Shown piece after piece: positions 13,201 to 27,640 of a stretch of 61,323 nucleotides of DNA; the first letter of the stretch is position 1, and each line of letters starts with the position of its first letter. The translations under genes and the position numbers were made by a program. Under the pieces are notes generated by a model, which worked only from the letters and a program-made list of their open reading frames with translations, was not told the DNA's origin and made no database searches. The DNA comes from Nemertoderma westbladi (Eukaryota; Animalia; Xenacoelomorpha): contig JAUCBJ010002117.1 of NCBI GenBank assembly GCA_032718475.1, positions 1 to 61,323 of the forward strand. The letters are read 5' to 3'.

Positions 13201-16200
13201 TGTTACCATGGATTCCTCCCAGCGGATCATCTACTGTTAGTGTGTCCTCTCACTTCTGTTACCATGGTTTCCTGTTACCATGGATTCCTCCCAGCGGATC
13301 ATCTACTGTTAGTGTGTCCCCTCACTTCTGTTACCATGGATTCCTGTAGCCATGGATTCCTCCCAGCGGATTATCGACTGTTAGTGTGTCCTCTCACTTC
13401 TGTTACCATGGATTCCTGTTACCATGGATTCCTCCCAGCGGATGATCTACTGTTAGTGTGTCCCCTCACTTCTGTTACCATGGATTCCTCCCAGAGGATA
13501 ATTGACTGTTGGTGTGTCCCCTCACTTCTGTTACCATGGATTCCTGTTACCATGGATTTTGCCAGTGGATCATTGACTCTTAGTGTGTCCCCTCACTTCT
13601 GTTACCATGGATTCCTGTTACCATGGATTCCTCCCAGAGGATAATTGACTGTTAGTGTGTCCCCTCACTTCTGTTACCATGGATTCCTGTTACCATGGAT
13701 TCCTCCCAGCGGATCATCTACTGTTAGTGTGTCCCCTCACTTCTGTTACCATGGATTCCATTGACTGTTAGTTTGTACCCTCTCTTCTGTTACCATGGAT
13801 TCCATTGACTGTTAGTTTGTACCCTCTCTTCTGTTACCATGGATTCCTGTTACCATGGATTCCTCCCAGAGGATAATTGACTGTTAGTGTGTCCCCTCAC
13901 TTCTGTTACCATGGATTCCTGTTACCATGGATTTTGCCAGTGGATCATTGACTCTTAGTGTGTCCCCTCACTTCTGTTACCATGGATTCCTGTTACCAGG
14001 GATTCCTCCCAGTGGATAATTGACTGTTAGTGTGTCCCCTCACTTCTGTTACCATGGATTCCTGTTACCATGGATTCCTCCCAGCGGATCATCTACTGTT
14101 AGTGTGTCCCCTCACTTCTGTTACCATGGATTCCATTGACTGTTAGTGTGTCCCCTCACTTCTGTTACCATGGATTCCTGTTACCATGGATTCCTCCCAG
14201 CGGATCATCTACTGTTAGTGTGTCCCATCACTTCTGTTACCATGGATTCCATTGACTGTTAGTGTGTCCCCTCACTTCTGTTACCATGGATTCCTGTTAC
14301 CATGGATTCCTCCCAGCGGATCATCTACTGTTAGTGTGCCCCCTCACTTCTGTTACCATGGATTCCTGTTACCATGGATTCCTCCCAGCGGATGATCTAC
14401 TGTTAGTGTGTCCTCTCACTTCTGTTACCATGGATTCCTGTGACCATGGATTCCTCCCAGCGGATCATCCACTGTTAGTGTGTCCCTTCACTTCTGTTAC
14501 CATGGATTCCTGTTACCATGGATTCCTCCCAGCGGATCATCTACTGTTAGTGTGTCCCCTCACTTCTGTTACCATGGATTCCTGTTACCATGGATTCCTC
14601 CCAGCGGATTATCTACTGTTAGTGTGTCCTCTCACTTCTGTTACCATGGATTCCTGTTAACATGGATTCCTCCCAGCGGATGATCTACTGTTAGTGTGTC
14701 CTCTCACTTCTGTTACCATGGATTCCTGTTACCATGGATTCCTCCCAGCGGATTATCTACTGTTAGTGTGTCCCCTCACTTCTGTTACCATGGATTCCTG
14801 TTACCATGGATTCCTCCCAGCGGATCATCTACTGTTAGTGTGTCCTCTCACTTCTGTTACCATGGATTCCTGTTACCATGGATTCCTCCCAGCGGATCAT
14901 CTACTGTTAGTGTGTCCCCTCACTTCTGTTACCATGGATTCCTGTAGCCATGGATTCCTCCCAGCGGATTATCGACTGTTAGTGTGTCCTCTCACTTCTG
15001 TTACCATGGATTCCCGTTACCATGGATTCCTCCCAGCGGATTATCTACTGTTAGTGTGTCCCATCACCTCTGTTACCATGGATTCCTGTTGCCATGGATT
15101 CCTGTTACCATGGATTCCTCCCAGCGGATCATCTACTGTTAGTGTGTCCCCTCACTTCTGTTACCATGGATTCCTGTTACCATGGATTCCTCCCAGCGGA
15201 TCATCTACTGTTAGTGTGTCCCCTCACTTCTGTTACCATGGATTCCTGTTACCATGGATTCCTCCCAGCGGATCATCTACTGTTAGTGTGTCCTCTCACT
15301 TCTGTTACCATGGATTCCTGTTACCATGGATTCCTCCCAGCGGATCATCTACTGTTAGTGTGTCCCCTCACTTCTGTTACCATGGATTCCTGTAGCCATG
15401 GATTCCTCCCAGCGGATTATCGACTGTTAGTGTGTCCTCTCACTTCTGTTACCATGGATTCCCGTTACCATGGATTCCTCCCAGCGGATTATCTACTGTT
15501 AGTGTGTCCCCTCACTTCTGTTACCATGGATTCCTGTTACCATGGATTCCTGTTACCATGGATTCCTCCCAGCGGATCATCTACTGTTAGTGTGTCCTCT
15601 CACTTCTGTTACCATGGATTCCTGTTACCATGGATTCCTCCCAGCGGATCATCTACTGTTAGTGTGTCCCCTCACTTCTGTTACCATGGATTCCTGTAGC
15701 CATGGATTCCTCCCAGCGGATTATCGACTGTTAGTGTGTCCTCTCACTTCTGTTACCATGGATTCCTGTTACCATGGATTCCTCCCAGCGGATGATCTAC
15801 TGTTAGTGTGTCCCCTCACTTCTGTTACCATGGATTCCTCCCAGAGGATAATTGACTGTTAGTGTGTCCCCTCACTTATGTTACCATGGATTCCTGTTAC
15901 CATGGATTTTGCCAGTGGATCATTGACTCTTAGTGTGTCCCCTCACTTCTGTTACCATGGATTCCTGTTACCATGGATTCCTCCCAGAGGATAATTGACT
16001 GTTAGTGTGTCCCCTCACTTCTGTTACCATGGATTCCTGTTACCATGGATTCCTCCCAGCGGATCATCTACTGTTAGTGTGTCCCCTCACTTCTGTTACC
16101 ATGGATTCCATTGACTGTTAGTTTGTACCCTCTCTTCTGTTACCATGGATTCCATTGACTGTTAGTTTGTACCCTCTCTTCTGTTACCATGGATTCCTGT

Positions 16201-19200
16201 TACCATGGATTCCTCCCAGAGGATAATTGACTGTTAGTGTGTCCCCTCACTTCTGTTACCATGGATTCCTGTTACCATGGATTTTGCCAGTGGATCATTG
16301 ACTCTTAGTGTGTCCCCTCACTTCTGTTACCATGGATTCCTGTTACCAGGGATTCCTCCCAGTGGATAATTGACTGTTAGTGTGTCCCCTCACTTCTGTT
16401 ACCATGGATTCCTGTTACCATGGATTCCTCCCAGCGGATCATCTACTGTTAGTGTGTCCCCTCACTTCTGTTACCATGGATTCCATTGACTGTTAGTTTG
16501 TCCCCTCACTTCTGTTACCATGGATTCATGTTATCATGGATTCCTGTTACCATAGGTTCCTGTAGCCATGGATTCCTCCCAGCGGATCATCTACTGTTAG
16601 TGTGTCCCATCACTTCTGTTACCATGGATTCCATTGACTGTTAGTGTGTCCCCTCACTTCTGTTACCATGGATTCCTGTTACCATGGATTCCTCCCAGCG
16701 GATCATCTACTGTTAGTGTGCCCCCTCACTTCTGTTACCATTGATTCCTGTTACCATGGATTCCTCCCAGCGGATGATCTACTGTTAGTGTGTCCTCTCA
16801 CTTCTGTTACCATGGATTCCTGTTACCATGGATTCCTCCCAGCGGATCATCCACTGTTAGTGTGTCCCTTCACTTCTGTTACCATGGATTCCTGTTACCA
16901 TGGATTCCTCCCAGCGGATCATCTACTGTTAGTGTGTCCCCTCACTTCTGTTACCATGGATTCCTGTTACCATGGATTCCTCCCAGCGGATTATCTACTG
17001 TTAGTGTGTCCTCTCACTTCTGTTACCATGGATTCCTGTTACCATGGATTCCTCCCAGCGGATGATCTACTGTTAGTGTGTCCTCTCACTTCTGTTACCA
17101 TGGATTCCTGTTACCATGGATTCCTCCCAGCGGATTATCTACTGTTAGTGTGTCCCCTCACTTCTGTTACCATGGATTCCTGTTACCATGGATTCCTCCC
17201 AGCGGATCATCTACTGTTAGTGTGTCCTCTCACTTCTGTTACCATGGATTCCTGTTACCATGGATTCCTCCCAGCGGATCATCTACTGTTAGTGTGTCCC
17301 CTCACTTCTGTTACCATGGATTCCTGTAGCCATGGATTCCTCCCAGCGGATTATCGACTGTTAGTGTGTCCTCTCACTTCTGTTACCATGGATTCCCGTT
17401 ACCATGGATTCCTCCCAGCGGATTATCTACTGTTAGTGTGTCCCATCACCTCTGTTACCATGGATTCCTGTTGCCATGGATTCCTGTTACCATGGATTCC
17501 TCCCAGCGGATCATCTACTGTTAGTGTGTCCCCTCACTTCTGTTACCATGGATTCCTGTTACCATGGATTCCTCCCAGCGGATCATCCACTGTTAGTGTG
17601 TCCCCTCCCTTCTGTTACCATGGATTCCTGTTACCATGGATTCCTCCCAGCGGATCATCCACTGTTAGTGTGTCCCCTCCCTTCTGTTACCATGGATTCC
17701 TGTTACCATGGATTCCTCCCAGCGGATCATCTACTGTTAGTGTGTCCCCTCACTTCTGTTACCATGGATTCCATTGACTGTTAGTTTGTCCCCTCACTTC
17801 TGTTACCATGGATTCATGTTATCATGGATTCCTGTTACCATAGATTCCTGTAGCCATGGATTCCTCCCAGCGGATCATCTACTGTTAGTGTGTCCCATCA
17901 CTTCTGTTACCATGGATTCCATTGACTGTTAGTGTGTCCCCTCACTTCTGTTACCATGGATTCCTGTTACCATGGATTCCTCCCAGCGGATTATCTACTG
18001 TTAGTGTGTCCCATCACCTATGTTACCATGGATTCCTGTTACCATGGATTCCTCCCAGCGGATCATCTACTGTTAGTGTGTCCCCTCACTTCTGTTACCA
18101 TGGATTCCCGTTACCATGGATTCCTCCCAGCGGATTATCTACTGTTAGTGTGTCCCATCACCTCTGTTACCATGGATTCCTGTTACCATGGATTCCTGTT
18201 ACCATGGATTCCTCCCAGCTGATCATCTACTGTTAGTGTGTCCCCTCACTTCTGTTACCATGGATTCCTGTTACCATGGATTCCTCCCAGCGGATTATCT
18301 ACTGTTAGTGTGTCCCATCACCTCTGTTACCATGGATTCCTGTTACCATGGATTCCTGTTACCATGGATTCCTCCCAGCGGATCATCTACTGTTAGTGTG
18401 TCCCCTCACTTCTGTTACCATGGATTCCCGTTACCATGGATTCCTCCCAGCGGATTATCTACTGTTAGTGTGTCCCATCACCTCTGTTACCATGGATTCC
18501 TGTTACCATGGATTCCTGTTACCATGGATTCCTCCCAGCGGATCATCTACTGTTAGTGTGTCCCCTCACTTCTGTTACCATGGATTCCTGTTACCATGGA
18601 TTCCTCCCAGCGGATCATCTACTGTTAGTGTGTCCCCTCACTTCTGTTACCATGGATTCCATTGACTGTTAGTTTGTCCCCTCACTTCTGTTACCATGGA
18701 TTCCTGTTACCATGGATTCCTCCCAGCGGATCATCCACTGTTAGTGTGTCCCCTCCCTTCTGTTACCATGGATTCCTGTTACCATGGATTCCTCCCAGCG
18801 GATCATCTACTGTTAGTGTGTCCCCTCACTTCTGTTACCATGGATTCCATTGACTGTTAGTTTGTCCCCTCACTTCTGTTACCATGGATTCATGTTATCA
18901 TGGATTCCTGTTACCATAGATTCCTGTAGCCATGGATTCCTCCCAGCGGATCATCTACTGTTAGTGTGTCCCATCACTTCTGTTACCATGGATTCCATTG
19001 ACTGTTAGTGTGTCCCCTCACTTCTGTTACCATGGATTCCTGTTACCATGGATTCCTCCCAGCGGATCATCTACTGTTAGTGTGCCCCCTCACTTCTGTT
19101 ACCATGGATTCCTGTTACCATGGATTCCTCCCAGCGGATGATCTACTGTTAGTGTGTCCTCTCACTTCTGTTACCATGGATTCCTGTTACCATGGATTCC

Positions 19201-22200
19201 TCCCAGCGGATCATCCACTGTTAGTGTGTCCCTTCACTTCTGTTACCATGGATTCCTGTTACCATGGATTCCTCCCAGCGGATCATCTACTGTTAGTGTG
19301 TCCCCTCACTTCTGTTACCATGGATTCCTGTTACCATGGATTCCTCCCAGCGGATTATCTACTGTTAGTGTGTCCTCTCACTTCTGTTACCATGGATTCC
19401 TGTTACCATGGATTCCTCCCAGCGGATCATCTACTGTTAGTGTGTCCTCTCACTTCTGTTACCATGGATTCCTGTAGCCATGGATTCCTCCCAGCGGATT
19501 ATCGACTGTTAGTGTGTCCTCTCACTTCTGTTACCATGGATTCCCGTTACCATGGATTCCTCCCAGCGGATTATCTACTGTTAGTGTGTCCCATCACCTC
19601 TGTTACCATGGATTCCTGTTACCATGGATTCCTGTTACCATGGATTCCTCCCAGCGGATCATCTACTGTTAGTGTGTCCTCTCACTTCTGTTACCATGGA
19701 TTCCTGTTACCATGGATTCCTCCCAGCGGATCATCTACTGTTAGTGTGTCCTCTCACTTCTGTTACCATGGATTCCTGTTACCATGGATTCCTCCCAGCG
19801 GATGATCTACTGTTAGTGTGTCCCCTCACTTCTGTTACCATGGATTCCTGTTACCATGGATTCCTCCCAGAGGATAATTGACTGTTAGTGTGTCCCCTCA
19901 CTTCTGTTACCATGGATTCCTGTTACCATGGATTTTGCCAGTGGATCATTGACTCTTAGTGTGTCCCCTCACTTCTGTTACCATGGATTCCTGTTACCAG
20001 GGATTCCTCCCAGTGGATAATTGACTGTTAGTGTGTCCCCTCACTTCTGTTACCATGGATTCCTGTTACCATGGATTCCTCCCAGCGGATCATCTACTGT
20101 TAGTGTGTCCCCTCACTTCTGTTACCATGGATTCCATTGACTGTTAGTTTGTCCCCTCACTTCTGTTACCATGGATTCATGTTATCATGGATTCCTGTTA
20201 CCATAGATTCCTGTAGCCATGGATTCCTCCCAGCGGATCATCTACTGTTAGTGTGTCCCATCACTTCTGTTACCATGGATTCCATTGACTGTTAGTGTGT
20301 CCCCTCACTTCTGTTACCATGGATTCCTGTTACCATGGATTCCTCCCAGCGGATCATCTACTGTTAGTGTGCCCCCTCACTTCTGTTACCATGGATTCCT
20401 GTTACCATGGATTCCTCCCAGCGGATGATCTACTGTTAGTGTGTCCTCTCACTTCTGTTACCATGGATTCCTGTTACCATGGATTCCTCCCAGCGGATCA
20501 TCCACTGTTAGTGTGTCCCTTCACTTCTGTTACCATGGATTCCTGTTACCATGGATTCCTCCCAGCGGATCATCTACTGTTAGTGTGTCCCCTCACTTCT
20601 GTTACCATGGATTCCTGTTACCATGGATTCCTCCCAGCGGATCATCCACTGTTAGTGTGTCCCTTCACTTCTGTTACCATTGATTCCTGTTACCATGGAT
20701 TCCTCCCAGCGGATCATCTTCTGTTAGTGTGTCCCCTCACTTCTGTTACCATGGATTCCTGTTACCATGGATTCCTCCCAGCGGATTATCTACTGTTAGT
20801 GTGTTCTCTCACTTCTGTTACCATGGATTCCTGTTACCATGGATTCCTCCCAGCGGATGATCTACTGTTAGTGTGTCCTCTCACTTCTGTTACCATGGAT
20901 TCCTGTTACCATGGATTCCTCCCAGCGGATTATCTACTGTTAGTGTGTCCCCTCACTTCTGTTACCATGGATTCCTGTTACCATGGATTCCTCCCAGCGG
21001 ATCATCTACTGTTAGTGTGTCCTCTCACTTCTGTTACCATGGATTCCTGTTACCATGGATTCCTCCCAGCGGATCATCTACTGTTAGTGTGTCCCCTCAC
21101 TTCTCTTACCATGGATTCCTGTAGCCATGGATTCCTCCCAGCGGATTATCGACTGTTAGTGTGTCCTCTCACTTCTGTTACCATGGATTCCTGTTACCAT
21201 GGATTCCTCCCAGCGGATTATCTACTGTTAGTGTGTCCCATCACCTCTGTTACCATGGATTCCTCCCAGTGGATCATCTACTGTTAGTGTGTCCCCTCAC
21301 TTCTGTTACCATGGATTCCTGTTACCATGGATTCCTCCCAGCGGATCATCTACTGTTAGTGTGTCCTCTCACTTCTGTTACCATGGATTCCTGTTACCAT
21401 GGATTCCTCCCAGCGGATCATCTCCTGTTAGTGTGTCCCATCACTTCTGTTACCATGGATTCCTGTTACCATGGATTCCTCCCAGCGGATTATCGACTGT
21501 TAGTGTGTCCTCTCACTTCTGTTACCATGGATTCCTGTTACCATGGATTCCTCCCAGCTGATTATCTACTGTTAGTGTGTCCCATCACCTCTGTTACCAT
21601 GGATTCCTGTTACCATGGATTCCTGTTACCATGGATTCCTGTTACCATGGATTCCTCCCAGCGGATCATCTACTGTTAGTGTGTCCTCTCACTTCTGTTA
21701 CCATGGATTCCTGTTACCATGGATTCCTCCCAGCGGATGATCTACTGTTAGTGTGTCCCCTCACTTCTGTTACCATGGATTCCTGTTACCATGGATTCCT
21801 CCCAGCGGATGATCTACTGTTAGTGTGTCCTCTCACTTCTGTTACCATGGATTCCTGTTACCATGGATTCCTCCCAGCGGATCATCTACTGTTAGTGTGT
21901 CCTCTCACGTCTGTTACCATGGATTCCTGTTACCATGGATTCCTCCCAGCGGATTATCGACTGTTAGTGTGTCCTCTCACTTCTGTTACCATGGATTCCT
22001 GTTACCATGGATTCCTCCCTGCGGATCATCTACTGTTAGTGTGTCCCCTCACTTCTGTTACCATGGATTCCTCCCAGCGGATTATCTACTGTTAGTGTGT
22101 CCTCTCACTTCTGTTACCATGGATTCCTGTTACCTTGGATTCCTTCAAGCGGATGATCTACTGTTAGTGTGTCCCCTCACTTCTGTTACCATGGATTCCT

Positions 22201-22612
22201 GTTACCATGGATTCCTCCCAGCGGATGATCTACTGTTAGTGTGTCCTCTCACTTCTGTTACCATGGATTCCTGTTACCATGGATTCCTCCCAGCGGATCA
22301 TCTACTGTTAGTGTGTCCTCTCACTTCTGTTACCATGGATTCCTGTTACCATGGATTCCTCCCAGCGGATTATCGACTGTTAGTGTGTCCTCTCACTTCT
22401 GTTACCATGGATTCCTGTTACCATGGATTCCTCCCAGCGGATCATCTACTGTTAGTGTGTCCCCTCACTTCTGTTACCATTGATTCCTCCCAGCGGATTA
22501 TCTACTGTTAGTGTGTCCTCTCACTTCTGTTTCCATGGATTCCTGTTACCATGGATTTCTCCCAGCGGATCATCTACTGTTAGTGTGTCCCATCACTTCT
22601 GTTACCATGGAT
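10232..22612. repeat. 12.4-kb compound minisatellite: 72-bp unit built on a 16-bp core (ctgttaccatggattc), with 40/56/88-bp variants and kb-scale higher-order duplications
   Basis: Unit actgttagtgtgtcccctcacttctgttaccatggattcctgttaccatggattcctcccagcggatcatct; the same variant series restarts at 12488, 14262, 16644, 19008 and 20295. Confidence 0.97.
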
Positions 22613-23525
22613 TTTGGATTCTGAGATCTGCTGAAGACCTCCGAATTAAACGTGAAACGTGGTCTGGATTAAATATTACATCAAGGGTTTGGAAATCACC
22701 TAATCATTTTCAATCTTTCTATTTCCCGTGAACCGACTTGTAAATTTACGTACATTGTGACTTTACCATTAGTACTAGTAATTTTTATTTTCCACATGTT
22801 AATATCTTCCTTTTGATAATAAATGCGGTAATCTTACAAATAAAATGAAATAACCTCTGGGAAGAGGAAAAAGAGAACCGGGTGAGGGGGACTTTGGCCG
22901 TTATGAGACAAAGTGGCCCTCGGAATTGTAATTACGGCCAAAAGTGGTCGTAATTATATCAATCTTTCATAAAATTATAATAGTATATCTAGTCTATAAT
23001 ATAAAACGCAAGTCTATGTCGTAAAATACTTGGTGCTGCTTCCCCGCTATAGGAAACACTGCTTGCAAACACTCTCGGTTATCTCTATGTCCAACAGCAG
23101 CGGTGGTACCGTTTGGGCATATGAGATTAGCGAAACTTTACCCCGAGAACTCTATCCGTTACAAATAACAATAGGCCACTTGGTAAAGGGCGCAAAGCAG
23201 CGGGCCCAGAGTGAAGACTGGGATCAGTTTACTACAGGCACTCCCGAGCAAGATCTGGCGACCTGCGTCCCGGCTAGTTAGTAAGCTAGACAACGACACC
23301 AGAAGAGTAAGCCAGATAACATACGAGTAAAAGTGAAGAAAACGCAGCATTTTATAGACTTAGATTGACGCCACGCCCGTTAAACTCGACCAGTGCACAT
23401 TAATAATTAATATGTTTCCATTAACCAGTAAGTAATTTTTATTAATATTGATTCGCCCAGTTAATGAATTGTTATCACCGGGATGTGAAACATGTACAGT
23501 ACAATGAAAGGAAGAGCTAGAACAC

Positions 23526-23822
23526 TAACAAACTAACCACAGGGAAGCAGTACCACAAACTAGCACTAATCACGTTTCTGCTTTCTGATTGCTTGCCACC
23601 AATCACGTTTCTGCTTGCTGGTACTGGGCCGACGGGTATGCAAATATAAACACATTTCAAGCTTTGTAAAACGGGCAGTAATGGATGCCTTGCAACAGCT
23701 TGTGCTATAAAAACTTAAAAAGTAATATATTTACACCGGCCGTGCGCCGGCACAATATACCAACAAGTAGATACGTGATTGGGGCAAGTTTATGGTGCTG
23801 CTTCGCAGTGGTTAGTTAGTTA
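23526..23822. mobile_element. MITE-like element with ~55-bp imperfect terminal inverted repeats
   Basis: aactaaccacagggaagcagtaccacaaactagcactaatcacgtttct vs reverse complement of agatacgtgattggggcaagtttatggtgctgcttcgcagtggttagtt; TSD not resolved. Confidence 0.6.
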
Positions 23823-24671
23823 AGCGTCAAACTTGCTTGACAATTATAGGCATAATAGAATATAAATTAAATATAAATATCTAGTCCACATCTACTTGCT
23901 TTATTTAATTTCCTGTTAGAAATCCGAAATATAATCGAATTGGCAACTGGGTATGTATATTAGGAGCAGGATATCCTTCCCACAGCTTCGCAATCATATC
24001 CGTTGTGTAACTCCTTGCTAATGGAATCATCGGACATGCCAAATATTAATTATTTTTTTACTGCCTTTTCATGCTAACATGGGGTAGCAGTCGTAGCAGA
24101 GCTAAGAAGGCGCGCATCACCGTGCCACTAATACCACACCACCCAGAATACTCTTGTTAAATTGTATTTAATGACGGATCTCCGTGAGATGCAGCTAACT
24201 GACTCGTGTCGGCTAGGGGTGTTTGTGTGCAGTGCATTAGCGGATCCATGGGTGGGTGGGGCCGACACCAGCCGGTGTCAATATAACCTCCATTTTAATA
24301 TATCTTCAGTAATTAGTATTATCTACTAATAAGGCAGATTCATGGAAGAAAGGAATGTAAAATATATCCTATTAAATCATTTGCGGGTGTCAAACGCAGA
24401 TTCATAATATTGCTTCTATTATGTTTATTTAATTAAATGTAGACAAAGTCAGTTTGTAGAATTTATATTTCTATAGGTGATGGATAATGGAAATATGTTG
24501 AAATAAAATTGATTAGTATGTGTGATCCGCGTTTAGATGCATACATTTAGATGAATTCGACCTTGTCAAACTAAGCTAACGAGACAACACATCTGTCCAT
24601 CCAAATAATATCTTTGATAGGAGATCAACGTCATCACCAATGCAATCCACATCTTTCTCTACACTCTACAT

Positions 24672-25615
24672 TCTACTACTATCACTATTACTAGGTTGAG
24701 CGCGTTCGGACAGTGTAAATGAGATCCTTAGAGGCTTCCCGATTCTCCATAGTTGTCGCAATTTCGTTTCTCCCAAGTTCAGTATCCCTTTCAAGTTGAT
24801 CTATATATTTTATGGCCGGTCGTCCACGACTACGCTTTCCCTGAGTTGGTTGCCAGAAAAGTAGATCTGGTATGACCTCGTCTTTACTTCGCCAGCAGTG
24901 CCCACAGAATCTGAATCTGCGTTCACGGAGGGTGGTTGATACAGGTGGTATTGTAATTGTACCATAAAGCTCGGCGTTTGTCATGTGTTGTTTTCAACTG
25001 ATGTTTAGGGCTGCCCTTAGTAGTCTTGTGTATCAACCATCAATTCGTTGTTCAAGTGATTTCGCCAGTGTCCATGTCTTTGAAAGTACACTCTCCACTG
25101 TGGCTCAAAATCGGGTGACGGATGAGCTCCATGATTTCAAGATCAATTGTGATACCTTGATCTTGTCTTTGCTTTCTTAACTTCTATGTATTTTTCGCTG
25201 CTCCCTATCCATGACCCAATATACTAGAAGTCGTAAAATTTCCTTGGTGGATTTTTATCAATTGTTTTCAAGTAAATATTAAAAGTCATGAATTCGGAAT
25301 TGGTATGATGCAATCCATCTTCCTTAGCAGCCTTCTCCACTTTATTCAGTAGAAGCTATGCATCTGTTAGCGTATTAGAAATCTGGGCGATATCATCCGC
25401 AAAGTCGGTGTCTGTGACTGTAGTTGACATATATCTACTACTTCTTCTGTGTTCTTGTAGTAGTGTGCATCGAATATCTTCTCACTTTGTGGCAGTCATC
25501 GTTGCGTAATACAATATAATTATGAATGGTAATGGCTATAATGTGTCACCTTGCAGTACGCCAGCCAGGATTGAGAAGAACTCAATTTCACCAGCTGGTG
25601 TGAGTACCTGACTAT
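24672..25615 (-). mobile_element. 5'-truncated, degenerate RTE-type LINE with short (TAG/TAA)-like tail
   Basis: Minus strand gives LAGVLQGDT (~25545-25570), VTDTDFADDIA (~25387-25420) and C-terminal LRERRFRFCGHCWR...LLFWQPTQGKRSRGRP; near-copy of 56290-56850. Confidence 0.9.
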
Positions 25616-26184
25616 AAAGTCCCGTTCGCACTCGATCGCCGTGGCATGAGCGGTAAATCCACTATTGACAGGTAGTTTGGTCCCAATGGTTAGTCTAGCA
25701 GAACTCAAGCGGTAAGACAGCGGTACACTACCCGGAACACATCCAACGGTACCGTTGCGGTAAGTAAGTCGACCGCTATCCGTTCACAGTTAATTCAACA
25801 GTCTAGACAATCATTTTATTATCATATTTCAATGGGAAGCTGTAAACGGAGCGGTGTACCGCACAACTACAGACTTTATGTTGGGTTGTTCAAATCCCCC
25901 CCCCCCCCCCCCACAACTTGCCTGTTCGAACTCTATATCTCATACTATTATAATACTTCACTTCCTGGGTGAGAGAGCTTACTAGCTATGCTGTTTGCTG
26001 ATACCCAGGATATCATAGACAATAATTAGTTCACCATGCCATTCTCATCCCAACTTAATACTTCTTATAAGATTATAAAAAGAATGGTGTTGAGGTGCAG
26101 GTGCATTATTATGTATTCACTAACTATTGATGGGAAATACGGTTAAAGTTAAAGTCAACCGTAATCAAAATCATTTACCGCAGA

Positions 26185-27640
26185 AACACCGCTCGTATAC
26201 CGCAGGGTCGTTCACACTCAGCGGTGTACCGTTAGCCCTGCTGCACACTGCTCGTATACCGCAGGGTCGTTCACACTCAACGGTGTACCACTAGCCCTGC
26301 TGTACACCACTCGTATACCGCAGGGTCGTTCACACTCAGCTGTGTACCGTTAGCCCTGCCCTACACCGCTCGTATACCGCAGGGTCGTTCACACTCAACG
26401 GTGTACCGCTGGCCCTGCTGTACACCGCTCGTATACCGCAGGGTCGTTTACACTCAGCGGTGTACCGTTAGCCCTGCTGCACACTGCTCGTATACCGCAG
26501 GGTCGTTCACACTCAACGGTGTACCGCTGGCCCTGCGGTACACCGCTCGTATACCGCAGGGTCGTTCACACTCAGCTGTGTACCGTTAGCCCTGCTGTAC
26601 ACCGCTCGTATACAACAGGGTCATTCACACTCAACGGTGTACCGCTGGCCCTGCGGTACACCGCTCGTATACCGCAGGGTCGTTCACACTCAGCTGTGTA
26701 CCGCTAGCCCTGCTGTACACGCTCGTATACCGCACGGTCGTTCACACTCAACGGTGTACCGCTGGCCCTGCGGTACACCGCTCGTATACCGCAGGGTTGT
26801 TCACACTCAGCGGTGTACCGTTAGCCCTACGGTACACCGCTCGTATACCGCAGGGTCGTTCACACTCAGCGGTGTACCGTTAGCCCTGCGGTACACCGCT
26901 CGTATACCGCAGGGTCGTTCACACTCAGCGGTGTACCGTTAGCCCTGCGGTACACCGCTCGTATACCGCAGGGTCGTTCACACTCAGCTGTGTACCGTTA
27001 GCCCTGCGGTACACCGCTCGTATACCGCAGGGTCGTTCACACTCAACGGTGTACCGCTGGCCCTACGGTACACCGCTCGTATACCGCAGGGTCGTTCACA
27101 CTCAGCTGTGTACCGCTAGCCCTGCTGTACACGCTCGTATACCGCACGGTCGTTCACACTCAACGGTGTACCGCTGGTCCTGCGGTACACCGCTCGTATA
27201 CCGCAGGGTCGTTCACACTCAGCGGTGTACCGCTGGCCCTGCAGTACACCGCTCGTATACCGCAGGGTCGTTCACACTCAGCGGTGTACCGTTAGCCCTG
27301 CGGTACACCGCTCGTATACCGCAGGGTCGTTCACACTCAATGGTGTACCGCTGGTCCTGCGGTACACCGCTCGTATACCGCAGGGTCGTTCACACTCAGC
27401 GGTGTACCGTTAGCCCTGCGGTACACCGCTCGTATACCGCAGGGTCGTTCACACTCAACGGTGTACCACTAGCCCTGCTGTACACCACTCGTATACCGCA
27501 GGGTCGTTCACACTCAGCGGTGTACCGTTAGCCCTGCGGTACACCGCTCGTATACCGCAGGGTCGTTCACACTCAGCCTGTGTACCGCTAGCCCTACGGT
27601 ACACCGCGCGATGTACCGTTCCGTTGAGTGTGAACATACC
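26185..27640. repeat. 59-bp GC-rich, internally palindromic minisatellite (~24 copies) closed by an inverted copy of its core
   Basis: Unit acaccgctcgtataccgcagggtcgttcacactcagcggtgtaccgttagccctgcggt; ccgttgagtgtgaacatacc at 27621-27640 is the reverse complement of the gttcacactcaacgg core. Confidence 0.95.

Noticed and set aside
10139-22731. Dozens of Cys/His-rich ORFs (MDSCYHGFLP...)
   Set aside because: Translations of the 72-bp satellite, switching frame with each 16-bp slip.
26185-27640. CRISPR-like array (palindromic repeats)
   Set aside because: No unique spacers, no cas genes, eukaryotic context; same applies to the other arrays.
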